A stretch of DNA of 64,000 nucleotides from Diadema antillarum (lineage: Eukaryota): NCBI RefSeq assembly GCF_040938485.1, contig NW_027271277.1:1-64000 (forward strand), read 5' to 3'. The notes beneath the pieces were generated by a model, which was given only the letters and a program-made list of their open reading frames with translations, was not told where the DNA came from and made no database searches. The translations under genes and the position numbers were made by a program. Every line of letters starts with the position of its first letter. The first letter of the stretch is position 1. Positions 49,703 to 62,390 of the stretch are shown piece by piece.

Positions 49703-50027
49703 CCCATGGTGGAAAACGACGGCACACGCCCGAACTTTACATTTAAACCAAGGACACACAGAGAACCGAGGACGTCCTCGGTTCGCAGGCCATTCCAAAC
49801 GGTCTGCTTTTGCATGTAGGGATACATGTTTGTAGGTCCTCAGTTAGCATTATTGTAATAAGTCCTCGGTTGTATGGTAATACAGTATACGAATGAGTCA
49901 TCTGTTGACAAGAGTCCTATACTTACACACAAGTCCTCGGTTATGTGGTAAAACTCTTGTGGATAAAACAGGTCCTCGGTTTACACCAAAGACGCTAACT
50001 CTACTATCTTTGGTTCCCACCATAGAC
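49703..50027. mobile_element. MITE-like element with GTCCTCGGTT subterminal repeats, between two (GT)n arrays
   Basis: Ends CCATGGTGGAAAAC / GGTTCCCACCATAG; perfect 22-bp palindrome GAACCGAGGACGTCCTCGGTTC at 49763-49784; further GTCCTC(G/A)GTT copies. Confidence 0.55.
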
Positions 50028-50038
50028 GCGCGCGCGCG

Positions 50039-50086
<48 letters not shown>

Positions 50087-51591
50087 CGTGCGTGTGTGTA
50101 GCTCCAAGCTATACTAAACACTTTTACTGTCCCTTCTCTTCTCTCATCTTTTCCCCCATTCAGGTATCCCCTTATGGTAGGCTATTTGTCCCTTTGACAT
50201 GTTAGATTCACTTCAATCTGTCTTGTTATATTCACGTTCTGTTATTATCCTCTACTAAATCGTGGTCAAAAACACTTGAAGTTCAAGTAGCTTGTTTGTG
50301 TTTATGTGTTTTATTCCTTCAGTTAAAAATAGAGGGACAATTATAAGATGCCATATCAACCAAAGGGCGTTATCCCAGTCAAGAAAACTGTTCATTTATA
50401 ATTCTCTCCTACACCTGCATACGTATACTTTAAAATGTACTCTGTCGTATATTTGTTATGCACGTAATAAAATTCATTTTCCTTTTAGTACTCTTTCTAA
50501 GTTTTCGACATGAAGATTGTCCGTTATGTCATAATGATTTCACTTGCAAGAGTGGAGAAATAAAAAATGAAACTGAATCTGAATCTGTCGGTCTGCCAAT
50601 TTCAGTGTCAATCAGAGTGGGCTTCCTCTTCTTCTTCTTCTTTTAGAGGGAGAGAAAAAGAGAGAGTCACAAAGAAAGAAATTAGAAAGTTTGTGGTTAG
50701 AGATACTACAGACAATGATATATGGCCATGTAACATTAGAGTCATTTTTATGGATATATACTCTAACATTACGCATTTAGCGTAGGGCCTATGATAAGCG
50801 AATTCAAATCAATGTTAAGAGGCGTCTTTTTAAATGGATCATGATAGAAACAATTATTCTAACATTCATAAAATCTTGTCACTTCTGTAGGCTTATAGAG
50901 ACAATTAGCCGGACATTATCAAAATTACTCAGAAAAACAGGCATTGTAAGCTGGTCCGTTCTCATATTCACTTGATTTAGGGCCCTTTTATGTAAAGGGA
51001 TTATGCGCCTATATACGAGCAAGGTTAACATGAACGTTGCTACTGAACATAATTTTATGCTGAATGTTTGACATCTCTACTTGGAATGCCTATTTGAAAT
51101 ACAATGCAGTCTTTTGCCACACACACCCATATGGACATAGTATTACCAAAACAAAAAGAAATAGAAAAAATGAACCCCTTTTATTATGATTAACTTTCTC
51201 CATCTCCATCCCGTTATTCCCCTAGCTCCAATCTCCTCTGTCGACATGAAGAGCTACATGTAATTGGTAGTAACTTGGGAGAGAGCGAGGTAAATGACTT
51301 CCTGGCCTTTCCCTCAAATCCACAGGTATCAATTTAAGGGATTTTACGGAGTTTGGTTACCATGTCAACGGAATCACTGATACCAGCTGATGAAGCCGCG
51401 GAATCATTAAAAAAACACACACACAGAGACAGAGTTGAAAATTGAGCCGTCATCATCATTCTGAGGAAATGTGCGATAGTGAGTGGATGACAGACCGGAT
51501 CTCGTGAAGACCTGATGTCTTCCTTTTTGATGTCGCTATAATTTTTTTACCTTCTTTCATAAGAAAGACGAATACGACTCGGTTGTCTCGA

Positions 51592-51682
51592 TATAAAAGA
51601 CAGATATTGCCATCGTCTTCATAGACTTCTACGTCACCACATTACTAGCAGTAGCTCCAGGGCGACTTCGGATGAACTACAA
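51592..51682 (+). promoter_or_regulatory. TATA box and short first exon, probably of the GPCR gene
   Basis: TATAAAAG at 51592-51599 and donor ACAA|GTAAGC at 51683. Splicing to the acceptor at 57999 gives in-frame ATG AAC TAC AAG GAA AAA ATG. Confidence 0.55.
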
Positions 51683-52064
51683 GTAAGCTTGGAAGGATTT
51701 TTACTTACTTCACGCACATTATTTTGTGTATTTGTAAAGTAGGACGATTTTGATATGAATCTTTTGGTTTGTTTGTATGTGTGTTTGTTTGTTTGTTATG
51801 CTGCAGACATTAGTATTATTTCCACAAATATGACATAGGTTGTCCAACTTTCCGTCGTGATTACTTGTACAGACATTTGTCGATGGTTCTCTGACATACA
51901 ATTTTGATAAACAACTATAGTATTGAAATGATATTTAATTGTTTTAGATTTGATATTAAAGTTTTAATTAAACTTGTTGAGTTACAGGTAATTAACAATA
52001 TCGCTAACGATCATTACTGAAAAGAATGCATACACTGAAATGCATATAGGAATGTCTGTTTGAC

Positions 52065-52095
<31 letters not shown>

Positions 52096-52262
52096 GAACA
52101 ACAACAACAACAACAACAACAAGAGAGAGATTGCCTTGCCGGAAATCTATTCTCAAGTTTCTCGTCTTTTTCTTGCCATATAAGCCGAATCTGGACGGAG
52201 CTGAACGTCATGTGTACTCTGAATAAAATCTGCCCAAAATGTTGAATTAGTATTTTTAATGA

Positions 52263-52810
52263 GTGCGTATGGCCATATACTCACTACTGAAGCTGAAGTC
52301 GAAAAACTTTGCTATCAGAGGTCGTTTTTTTGACATTTTGAATACTTCGGAAAGCCTTCCAGAGCTCAAGTCCACGGGCATCTTCATCCATGAAAATCTC
52401 ATCATCGAAAGACAAAAGTTGCTAAGAAAGATGAGAACAAAATATCCTCCACCAAATAACAAGATATAGACGCAGGAAGGCAAAATCAAAATTAGAACTG
52501 CCAACAATGTGTGCACGATTGCTTCACATGACGACTGGACGGAACATTGTAAGCGTAGATAAAAATTATTGCGTTTGCTTAAATACGAAGTTGCTATGGA
52601 CGCTAACTTGCCGGCCGGCTTTTCAGAATGCAACACAAACGGCTCCGTAAACCTTATGTAAGCTGAAATGTGTCATCTCTTTACAATAATGCCAGATTAA
52701 TCTTTGTATCATGGAAAACGTGAAGGAAGAAGAGAAGGAGGAGTTTGTCTCTATGTTGAATCTAAATGCATTGGAAATGTCAAGTATGATCTACTACAAC
52801 TGTCAAATAA
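52263..52810 (+). mobile_element. LINE remnant: ORF1 C-terminus and start of APE endonuclease
   Basis: GIFIHENLIIERQKLLRK..*TQEGKIKIR resembles the CR1/L2-group ORF1 end; GRREGGVCLYV is the endonuclease GGGVxxYV motif. Confidence 0.65.
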
Positions 52811-53286
52811 TATGTCCTATACAACGCATTTTTCGTACCAACTGGCCTTTTTTCTCTCCCTGTTGTGTTTAAGTTACGCTTCCTACAATGAAATCACTTA
52901 TGATAAAGCTTTCGTCTCTTCTCCTCTCTCATTTTCTCCCTTTTTGTGACAAATGCTTATTGTTCTTATTCTGCAATACTTTTGCCTTTTTTCGCATCTA
53001 TGTTCATAAATGTCTTTTGAGCAATACGTCCGTGTAGATATGTATGTGTGTGTATAGGCCTACGCTTGATATGCATATGTGCGGGTGGTTTTTTTTTTCG
53101 CTCTCTCTCTCCCTATGCACGGACTGTTTTCCCTACGTCAGTGCTAATATTTGAATCTTATGTTGATATCATGTGAGTGGTTACAGCGCAGACTGTTCTG
53201 TCTCCGTTTCTAAAGTCATTCATGTCTTCCCTTGACTCCTCCTTAGTCGTTGTTTACAATGACTACTCTTACTCTTCACCAGACCT

Positions 53287-53438
53287 GGGGGGGGGGGTGT
53301 TTCATCAACGTTTGTCAGCGCTGACAACTTGAATCACCATAGTAACAGTCAGTGACCAGAGCATCTCAGCCAATCAAAACCAAGAATTTTGCTGAAATTG
53401 TCAGCGCTGACAAAAGTCGATGAAACACCCCCCCCCCC
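53287..53438. mobile_element. Harbinger-like palindromic MITE related to 5113-5289
   Basis: GGG..GTGTTTCATCAAC / GTCGATGAAACACCC.. TIRs, TGTCAGCGCTGACA palindromes on both arms, central AGCCAATCA. Confidence 0.75.
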
Positions 53439-53728
53439 GCTCCTCTTTTTCTCTCTTTCTTTCTCCCTTGGTTATCCCTCTGTTCTTTTGCACGCTTTCT
53501 CTCTTCTCTTCTTTTTTATTCTCTTTTTCCCCTTTCTTTCCTAAATGCGCCGTAAATTTCTTTTTTATAAAAGGGGTGGTGCAGTTCCGGTTGAGAAGGC
53601 TTAAGGTTTCAAATGGTTTTTTTTTTTTGTGATGATTTTTTAGGTAATTAGACATTCTCGTGTAACATGCATGGAAGAGCGTATAATCTTATGAAGGAAT
53701 TAAAATTTTATTTCATGAAATTAAGTAA

Positions 53729-55800
53729 TTTTTTTTTTGTTTGATAGATACTTTATTTTCTGCAAATCAATATACATTGTACATAAACTGAATAATCGTG
53801 AACATGGGAAATATACAAAGTATATTTGAAACAGAGTCGTTTGACTTGCATAAACAATGATATAAAAGGAATTTAATGATATTACAGTATGCATGTCTAT
53901 GCAGCTGGGATTACAATAACAATATTATATTTAGGAAATGATAATGCAGAGGGCCGCCATTGTAAGCATTGCTTGAAAAGATGGCCGGCCCGAGGAAAAG
54001 GTAGGTAGGTAAATTGGTAAACAATACAAATTCTGCTGCGAGGATAGCAGGGGAAAATAAACTCTGATGTGTGAAGGTGGTGAATGTGCGTGCGAGTGCT
54101 TGAGAGTGCACAGGGGCAGATAGGCTGGGATTTGGAATGATAAAATTGGTTTGCTGGAAGAGGGAATGACTTACGATGTTGCTACTATCGGGAGACCAAC
54201 ATAAGTCATATAAATTATTCGGGCTTAATTCGTATTTGAAGTATACTGTGATAAAATATGCTTCTTTAAGTTTGCTTTGAATGAAAACAAGGAGGCACAC
54301 TGTTTCAACTCTTCAGGAAGAGTGTTCCATGTATCCGGACCGTGATGTCTAATCGACTTTTGAGCAAGTAAAAGCTTTGGATTACTTAAATGAAAATCAT
54401 GGGAACGACGGGTAGGGTATGAGTGAATATAATCATTAGTAACTAGGGCATTATGGAAAAATGGTAATAAATTTCGAATGTGTTTGTACATAAATATAGC
54501 AGTTAAATATGAATGTATATCATGGGCCTTTAGGGTTTTTAGGCGATAAAATATGGGATCAGTGTGAGCCAAAAAATTTGAATGTGGTATGTGCATATAC
54601 GAAGAGCCTTTTTCTGAAGAAGAAAAATTGTGTTCAATTTGGTTTTGCTACAGTTGCCCCATACAATATTACAGTACATTACATATGGTAGAAATAAGGT
54701 GTTGTATAACATCATTAAAGTTTGATCATTAATTAAGTATTTTATTCTCCTTAACACACCAGTTGCCTTAGATATTGCTGTTATAATATTCTGGACATGA
54801 GTATTCCAAGTTAGATTGTTATCTAGGGTCACTCCTAGGAACTTGGTTGAATGTTTCTCAGCAATGTTTATATCATCAATAGAAATACTTTGAGGAAGGG
54901 TGGGTTGAGATTGAAGCGTATGAAAATGTATAAAACATGTTTTATCAATATTCAATGAAAGCTTATTACTTCTAAACCATTTCGAAATATTACTTAATTC
55001 CATGTTAAATGTATCCACCAATGTTACAATATCCTTGTGGGAATAAAAAACATTGGTGTCGTCTGCAAATAAAATGAAGTTTAAACGAGGAGAGGAATTA
55101 ATGATATCATTAATATAAATCAAAAAAAGTAGGGGCCCGAGGATAGATCCCTGAGGGACACCACATGACACGTTCAAATGGAACGAATGACTGGATTTAA
55201 ATGCAACATATTGTTTTCGATGACTTAGATAACTTCTAAACCATGACAAAGTAATCCCTCTCACGCCATAATTATGTAATTTTTCAAATAAAATGTCATG
55301 ATCAATAGTGTCGAATGCTTTACTAAGATCCATAAAAACTCCAATTATGTGCTCCTTTTTAATAAGCGCATCAATAATATTATCAACAGATTTAATTATA
55401 GCATAATCGGTAGAAAATCCTTTCCTAAAACCAAACTGATTCACATTTAATATTTCATTTTCAATCATAAACGAGGAGAGACGCTTATAAACTAATTTTT
55501 CTAAAATTTTCGATATTGCAGGTAACAATGAGATGGGTCTATAATTTTTCACCAATGATGGATCTTCTCTTTTATAAATGGGGATAACTTTGGCGATTTT
55601 AAAAGAGTCTGGAAACTCACCGTTAAGTAAGGATAAATTAAATATATGGGTGAGAGGGGCTGCTAAGGGGTAGAATTTGTAAATCTGTTGCATTTTTTTT
55701 AAACAGTTGATAATTTTATCATTCCGGTGCCTATAATTATTGTGTACACTTTTTATTCTATCATGGCATGACTAATTTCAAGGGATTATTGAATTTTTGG
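53729..55800 (-). mobile_element. 5'-truncated LINE (CR1/L2 group, Crack/Daphne-like) with RT domain, one frameshift, 3' UTR and A-rich tail
   Basis: ORF 55693-54539 has NYRPISLL, QFGFRKG, DLSKAFDTIDH, GVPQGSILGPLLF and FADDT; it continues in another frame (54596-54225). AATAAA at 53757-53752 is followed by CAAACAAAAAAAAAA. Confidence 0.92.
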
Positions 55801-56189
55801 AGGAAATGAATAAAAATGACAGAACTTATCATATCTTAATTGTGATTATGTTTTTGATAATTTTTTTCTTACGAGGACTCCCGCTTTCCCTTTCGTTGTC
55901 TTTTTCTCCTTCCCTCATTTCTGCCTCTCTAACCCCTTGTTAGTACCTTTGTCTTTCTTCCCTCCCTCACGTCCTCTCGAGTCCATATCCTGGTTAAATA
56001 TGGTGTGTTCATAATGGCAATGCTTTTTGTAATTTTATCATTCTTTTACCGTACTGTATATGTGTATTATAGATATTTTTTTAACTGTAACATTGTGTAA
56101 GTTAGTCACCGACTGCAATACGATTGAAATCTAAACCATTATTGAATTTAATTGAAGTGAATTCAATTCAATTGAATTGAGATGATTTG

Positions 56190-56410
56190 GTGTTTTTGTA
56201 ACGTGTCTACCGATACGATACTTTTTTTCATTGAAATTGCGTTGAAGCACGCAGAAAATATCATAGTTGGTGTGATGTACAGGGCTTCAAATTCAAACCC
56301 ATGTGATTTCAATAGCGTAGAGATAGAAACGTGTTTAAAAGCTATTACCATGGAAAACAAAACATGTTATATTGTTGGCGACTTCAACATTGGCATGTTC
56401 AAATACCTAG
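56190..56410 (+). mobile_element. LINE APE endonuclease fragment, continuation of the 52.3-52.8 kb element
   Basis: FFIEIALKHAENIIVGVMYRAS...ENKTCYIVGDFNIGM contains the typical IIVGxxYRP and GDFN endonuclease motifs. Confidence 0.75.
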
Positions 56411-56564
56411 AAAAGGTCGCATAAGGACTGCAGTATTTTGTTTTGTTTTGTTTTTACTGCGTGGGTTGGCCTTAGTTAGAGTGACCAGACCATGTTATCT
56501 GACAGGTGGCCATGTTAAAGGTTATGGACCGTAAAAATGTTAAAAGAAACCCCATACACAACCC

Positions 56565-57557
56565 TTAACCCTATTAAGCCCAAGCTATTTTGACCCCTCG
56601 CAGGCCCAAGGGGGGGGGGGGGGGGCACATTGTGCCCCCCTATATAACTTTTTTATTATTTGATGTATCATCGTCATATTTGGTACGTGGGTAGAGTAAC
56701 TCATACTCTACATGACCGTACATGTGAATTTTCACAAGGTCACCCATGGAAGGTGCTATTTACAAAAATATAAAGAAATACATAGGAAATATGCTAAAAA
56801 CATGATTTTTCAGTATAATTCCTTTATCCCCATTATATATGTCTTATTATAGACCAATCATTTTCATATTTGCCACAAATGATAAGCAAGTGAAATTTTA
56901 TTATTTGTTATATTTGAAATTTCTCAAGGTCACCACATGGGGGCGCTATTCATATCAACATAGTGGTACATTATGAGACCTGAGATGAAATGTTTGGGAT
57001 GGATACATGTATAGTTATGACATTTCATATTTGCATAATAGTGGAATTTTGAGATTGCAAATTGATAATATGATAAACTAGTGATATAAGAGGCATAACT
57101 TGGGTGAAGGAATCAAAATAACTCAAAATTTAAGGGTAATCTGTAGAAAATATTATTGTTTTCAATTATCTCTATTATATCTATTGTTTTATGCCTTTGT
57201 CACATAAAAACAAAGGAAATAATAAGAAAAACTTTCCAGGACCATGTTTACTTCAAATTTTGCTTCTTCAACAAATTTCAGCCAAGAAACACCCATTTCA
57301 CACACTGTAATGCTGTTAAATGAAATGGGAACAGAAAAAAGATGCAAAATCTTACTGACATGGTTGTCACTTAATGGTTGCCATGGCAACCACCAACATC
57401 AAATATAGCTAAATTATATATCAAACTGTTCACAATAAGATTTTAGGAAAAGTCACCAAATTTGGTTGAAATCGGATTAAGGACGAAGGAGTGGCAAACG
57501 AAAATCTGGTAGGGGGGCACAATGTGCCCCCCCCCCCCTTGGGCTTTATAGGGTTAA
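56565..57557. mobile_element. piggyBac-like non-autonomous element
   Basis: TTAA|CCCTATTAAGCCCAAG ... CTTGGGCTTTATAGGG|TTAA; GGGGGCACA(T/A)TGTGCCCCC hairpins near both ends. Confidence 0.85.
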
Positions 57558-58006
57558 ACACAAACCTGCGTTCATATAGGATGGCTTGTTGATTTGACCT
57601 CTTTTATTGACAGATCCCATCCCTTCAGTAAGACTTTCACTGTTCCTTCATGTGACACTCAAAAGTGAATTTTGTCATTGTTGTCTTTAAAGTTCGCGTT
57701 CTCAGCCATGTATAACATTTGTCAACGTTATTAGGTATCAATGGAAAGAGGAAGAGTTCTTATTTCCTCAAAATCAACATTGCACTCTCCATAGCTGACA
57801 ATTCTGACATGGTAGCCTTATTAAGTTGGATTACCTTTTTATATGCTCTGTATAATATACAAATCACTCACACTCACAATTATTATATAGATAGCCATAT
57901 CATTGAAAATAGCATTGTGCTTTAAAGCTAATGCTGTCTTTGCTTTTTATATCATGGCTCTGTTTTGTTGTGTTTTTTCCTTCTTGTAATAATCTGCAGG
58001 GAAAAA

Positions 58007-59488
58007 ATGGAAAGCACGGCTTTGTTGAATTCTTCATCAGGCATGTCAGCGGCCGGCAGTTTGGATGAGGCAAAGGACATAAATATCGCCCTCTATAGGC
58101 TTCGACTGGTCCTCGGGGTACTGCTGGCCGTAGCGATTGTTGCCGTCAACTCAGTTGTCATAGCAACGTATTGGACTGTAGCTAATGTCAGGAGCAAGAT
58201 ATCTAACGCTGTCATTGCTAATATATCCCATGCTGATATTTTGGTGGGAATAGTCAATGTACCATGCTTAGTTTATGTTGAATTTTCTCGGGGCATGTGG
58301 TGGCAGAGTGCGTCTCTGTGCAAGTTTGTCCTCACAGTAAGCTATCTCGACACAATGATTACCATCGTATCTAGCATTATACTGTTATCTATTCAACGAC
58401 TCAGTCTATCGAGAAGCCCCCGATACAGAAATTTTGTCACTACTAAACATATTTCAGTAATCCTTCCATGCTGCTGGGTATTGTTTGCAGCATTGTACAC
58501 ATTTGTCTTTTTTGGCATTCCCAAATTTACCGCTACCAATGTCATAGAAAACATTAATCAGTGTATCATAGAATACCTCTTTTTTCCTGCCTGGGTCTAC
58601 TTCATGATAAGTTTGGAGGTTTTTCTGCCCTTCACGCTCCTTGCCTTTCTTGCTGTTGATCTGCTTTGTGTAGTCAGGCGAAATTTAACATCAGTGTCGC
58701 CAGAGAACAACAATGCACAGGCCGCCCGTCCGTCCACAAATCGAGTGACAGGCACTTCCAGCAATTGGAACTCGCTATCCACTCAATCGTCCCGTGTGAC
58801 TGGATCTTTAGGACCGGTACGGACTCCTCACCCCGTATCTGGTCATCAAGGTTCTACCTCTCGCCAGTTTCTAGAAGCCATATCAGAGCCAGTGAGCATC
58901 CTGTGCCAAGCAGCACCAGTGCCCCCAGGACCAATGCCCCCAGGACCAGTGCCCCCAGGACCAGTGCCCCCAAGACCAATGCCCCCAGGACCAGTGCCCC
59001 CAGGACCAGTGCCCCCAGGACCAATGCCCCCAGGACCAGTGCCCCCAAGACTAATGCCCCCAGGACCAGTACCCGCAGCACCAATGCCCCCAAGATTAAT
59101 GCCCCCAGGAACAGTGCCCCCAGGACCAGTACCCGCAGCACCAATGCCCCCAGGACCAGTGCCCGCAGGACCTGCGTCCCCAGCACCAGTGCCCCCAGGA
59201 CCAGTGCCCCCATCGCCAGTGCCCCCAATACGTTCCAGAAGATATCCAATGCGGGCTACAATCAAACTTCTCCTCTATGTTGCTGTTGTCGTTGTGTTCT
59301 GGCTACCCTTCGCTATCGCGTCTGTGCTTGTTACGATTTGTCCTACATGCATATCACATGATGTCATCAAACAAACGCATTGGGTTTTAAACTGTAATTC
59401 TCTTGTTAATCCATTTCTCTATGCCACAACGCATCCTAATTTCCGTCAGGGTCTGAAAAAGGTTCTGCGTCTGCCGAGAAGGTCATAA
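58007..59488 (+). CDS. Class A (rhodopsin-like) orphan GPCR, aminergic/histamine-H3-like scaffold, with proline-rich repeat ICL3; 493 aa from this ATG
   Basis: Seven hydrophobic segments with N1.50 (VAVN), D2.50 (HADILVG), C3.25, W4.50, LEVFLPF in TM5, FWLP in TM6 and NSLVNPFLY in TM7, then helix 8 (HPNFRQGL). An acceptor CTGCAG| lies at 57999, so the ORF-track start at 57965 is probably intronic. Confidence 0.93.
   Translation: MESTALLNSSSGMSAAGSLDEAKDINIALYRLRLVLGVLLAVAIVAVNSVVIATYWTVANVRSKISNAVIANISHADILVGIVNVPCLVYVEFSRGMWWQSASLCKFVLTVSYLDTMITIVSSIILLSIQRLSLSRSPRYRNFVTTKHISVILPCCWVLFAALYTFVFFGIPKFTATNVIENINQCIIEYLFFPAWVYFMISLEVFLPFTLLAFLAVDLLCVVRRNLTSVSPENNNAQAARPSTNRVTGTSSNWNSLSTQSSRVTGSLGPVRTPHPVSGHQGSTSRQFLEAISEPVSILCQAAPVPPGPMPPGPVPPGPVPPRPMPPGPVPPGPVPPGPMPPGPVPPRLMPPGPVPAAPMPPRLMPPGTVPPGPVPAAPMPPGPVPAGPASPAPVPPGPVPPSPVPPIRSRRYPMRATIKLLLYVAVVVVFWLPFAIASVLVTICPTCISHDVIKQTHWVLNCNSLVNPFLYATTHPNFRQGLKKVLRLPRRS
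58919..59230 (+). repeat. 15-bp coding minisatellite (about 21 units) encoding [VM]PPGP
   Basis: (G/A)TGCCCCCAGGACCA tandem units with variants such as [10 protein letters not shown] and VPAAP. Confidence 0.95.
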
Positions 59489-62390
59489 AAACAAGAAATC
59501 AGAGGGGAGAGGTTACTATTATTTCATAAATGACTTTCACATTTTCCGTTTTACAAACGTAATTTCCCACATTTCACATAAATCACTAAAAAAAAAACTG
59601 AGCACATGCAGGATATTTGATATAACATGTGAGGAGCATTGTATCGTAAGGTTCAAACACAACAAACTGGAAAGGGAATAGCAATGCAAGCACACGTAAA
59701 AGCGCTGGTATACATGACAGAAGCTGTAGTGGTATTCAATGTATCCTAGATGTTGATTGATTTTTGTGTTGTTGTTGTGGGTTGTTGTTTTTTTGCCGGG
59801 GGGGGGGGGGGGGGAGGGGAGGGGAGCGGGGCGGGGATGGTGTGTATAGAAGATCTTCATAAAAGGTTGTTAGCTTGCACTGTGCATGCACCTGAAGAAG
59901 ATAATTTAGATTAAGTATAGCCACACAGTATTTACGCGATTAGGAGTAATATCATGCCGATTTCTTTCTCTACGACACTTACATTGTATATCTATTACCC
60001 GCTGTAATTTTCTGTTCATAGGTTTTTGTGTGTGAAATTTGACTCACTAGCACGAAAAGGGTTAACACTAAAGCATAGGAGGTCGAAATTACGTAATCCT
60101 TTGTATGTAAAAGTTGTGAAACTATGAACTCACCCCGTTCTGTTTGTAGGAACGTAGGCCTGATGTTCATGAGTCTGACGAAATATGCAAACTTTAAATC
60201 CCATGAATATATTTTTTTCGATTTTTATCATACGTATATTATCTTTAATTCTGTTTGTTTTTTCTCTGTTTAAGATAAACTTGAACAGAATTTGAGTTTC
60301 CTTGGAAAAGAATAACTGACTAAAGACTTTTTTATTATATGGTAATACTTTTAGTGTCCGGCAGGAAATGAACAAATTCCTTTCTGAGATGCACGCTCCT
60401 TATACAGCGAAAGCTAAGAAAGGGCAAAAATATGAAGTAAGAGGTTGTGTCTTAAAGTCTAGATACCCAGTGCCCTATCTTGGCACAATCGCAATGTAAC
60501 TCACGTAGTATTAGTGATTACGTTTCATCTACAGTACTTATCTAATAATGGGATATGTTGCAAGTTTATTAAAGCGTTTTAACTTTCGAAATTATGTGAA
60601 TAATGTAATTACTTTAAAGGTGTAAAACTCTCATCAGTAGGCCCATTATAAATTAAAATTGCCTTTTCTCGTGTCAACACCATTTTGTGGTACCGTTTCG
60701 TGTATAAGCATGTTTTGAAAGGGAACCTAATTTTGTCAGATTTTTTTTTTTTTTTTTTTTTTTGCTGCACATACTGACTTCCTCGTAAAAAAAAGTGCAC
60801 AATTCATGCAAAATTTACCGTAGGTGTAAGACATGATTATATAAATGGACAGCCGCCATTTTGAATGCTAGGGAAACTATTTTGCTGACTGCTAAACAGC
60901 ATTTTCCATGTTTAAAGTAAAATGTGACTCTCTATGGTATGTTTGTTTTAATTTGTTTCTTATATTGTTTATTGTACACTAATTTGCATTAATATGTAGC
61001 CATCACTCTAAGTGAAATAGATTCTTTCCTCTTTCATCGTGTTTGAAGTCGGATGACCTTTTGGTATTGTTTGGTTGGTTTTGCCCTTAAGACCTATATT
61101 CTGACTGATGATAAACTGATGACGGTCATTATTCCCATTTATTCCAAGCGTTCAATCCTTTAATGAGCATTTTAATCGAATAGTTAATTCGTCTTTAAAG
61201 ATGGCGAGCCGTTAGTGTTGTTTTGTTTTGCTTTTTTCCCGTTTCTATAATCATGTCGATTAATAATAAACCATTAGAATGATGATAAACAAATTAAAAT
61301 GAATGGAATGTATTCTATTCAAGTAATTGAGAGCGCTATGTACATTCTTTCTTATAATGACAGATTTTAGGTAATATTTGAGAACGGAGTGCAATTACGG
61401 ACGAATTAATTATGCATGATGTAAACCAATGGTCCACCATCGCACAATAAGAAAAACTGCAAGACAAATATTCAGTCAATGGGGTATGTGGGTACTCAAT
61501 TCTTCTTCCCTCTTTGTTTATGAGATGTGGTGTATAAAGAGATAAGTAAATTTATGAAGAAATTGAGCGCCAAAAAAAAAAAAGTTTAAGCGCCATTATT
61601 AAACATCTAAATAGCAATTAAAGTCTTTCGTGTGAAACTTCACTTGTAACATAACAAGAAATAATGTTTTCTTGAAATTATGATTTTGAAAATCTCATAG
61701 TTTATCATCATGTTCTTTGTTTTTGTTTTTAGCAGCTTTTACAGCACATATCTCAACTTGTTTTGCCATAAAACTCTTCCTATACAGTTATATAAACAAA
61801 GAAAGAAAACAGAATACACGTGATTAAAACAAACCGAAGCTGTAAATACGGAAACTCAGGATAGACAAAAGAGAGAACGAAGACAATACAATGTTGCAGT
61901 ATTGACCTAAAATCAGATGTTGAAGGCCAATCAAATCGAATTTCTACAGCATGACGTCATCTTTGCCCAAACCATCTATCTACCTTAATCAATTACTTGA
62001 AGAAAAAAAACCAAAAAACAAACAACAACTTGTAAAGTGATGATTACGTTAAGAAAAATATGTAAATACGGAGTTGGGAATCTAATCCACTAACATAAGC
62101 CATTCTACCAGCGCGCCCGCAAGTATTACACTATAGGCCTGCACAGTAACAATTACTCGTATATCTTCCAAGTAACAACCTTTACTTTGACATTGACAAC
62201 CATAATGACAACCATAAAGAAAAAGAAAAGCAAATTATCACAAGGTCAAAGGTCACAGACAGGGGACAACGAACTTTCAGGTCACCACAAGGTCAAAGGT
62301 CAATGAACTTCGGGAGTTAGAAAAACATTAATTTCTTCTAGCGAATGGGCGAGACACATTTTGGCACTTGCTTTGTTATTGTTTAAATGA

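Noticed and set aside
52065-52130. Poly-E/poly-Q ORF
   Set aside because: Translation of adjacent (GAA)n and (CAA)n microsatellites within an intron.
57965-57999. ORF-track N-terminus [12 protein letters not shown] for the GPCR (signal-peptide-like)
   Set aside because: It starts at TTG and is the T-rich tract before the acceptor at 57999.
58846-59265. Minus-strand ORF rich in [10 protein letters not shown], resembling flagelliform silk or collagen-like repeats (also the LVLGA and APRTS frames)
   Set aside because: These are alternative frames of the 15-bp repeat inside the GPCR; similarity stops at the repeat edges and there is no independent gene structure.
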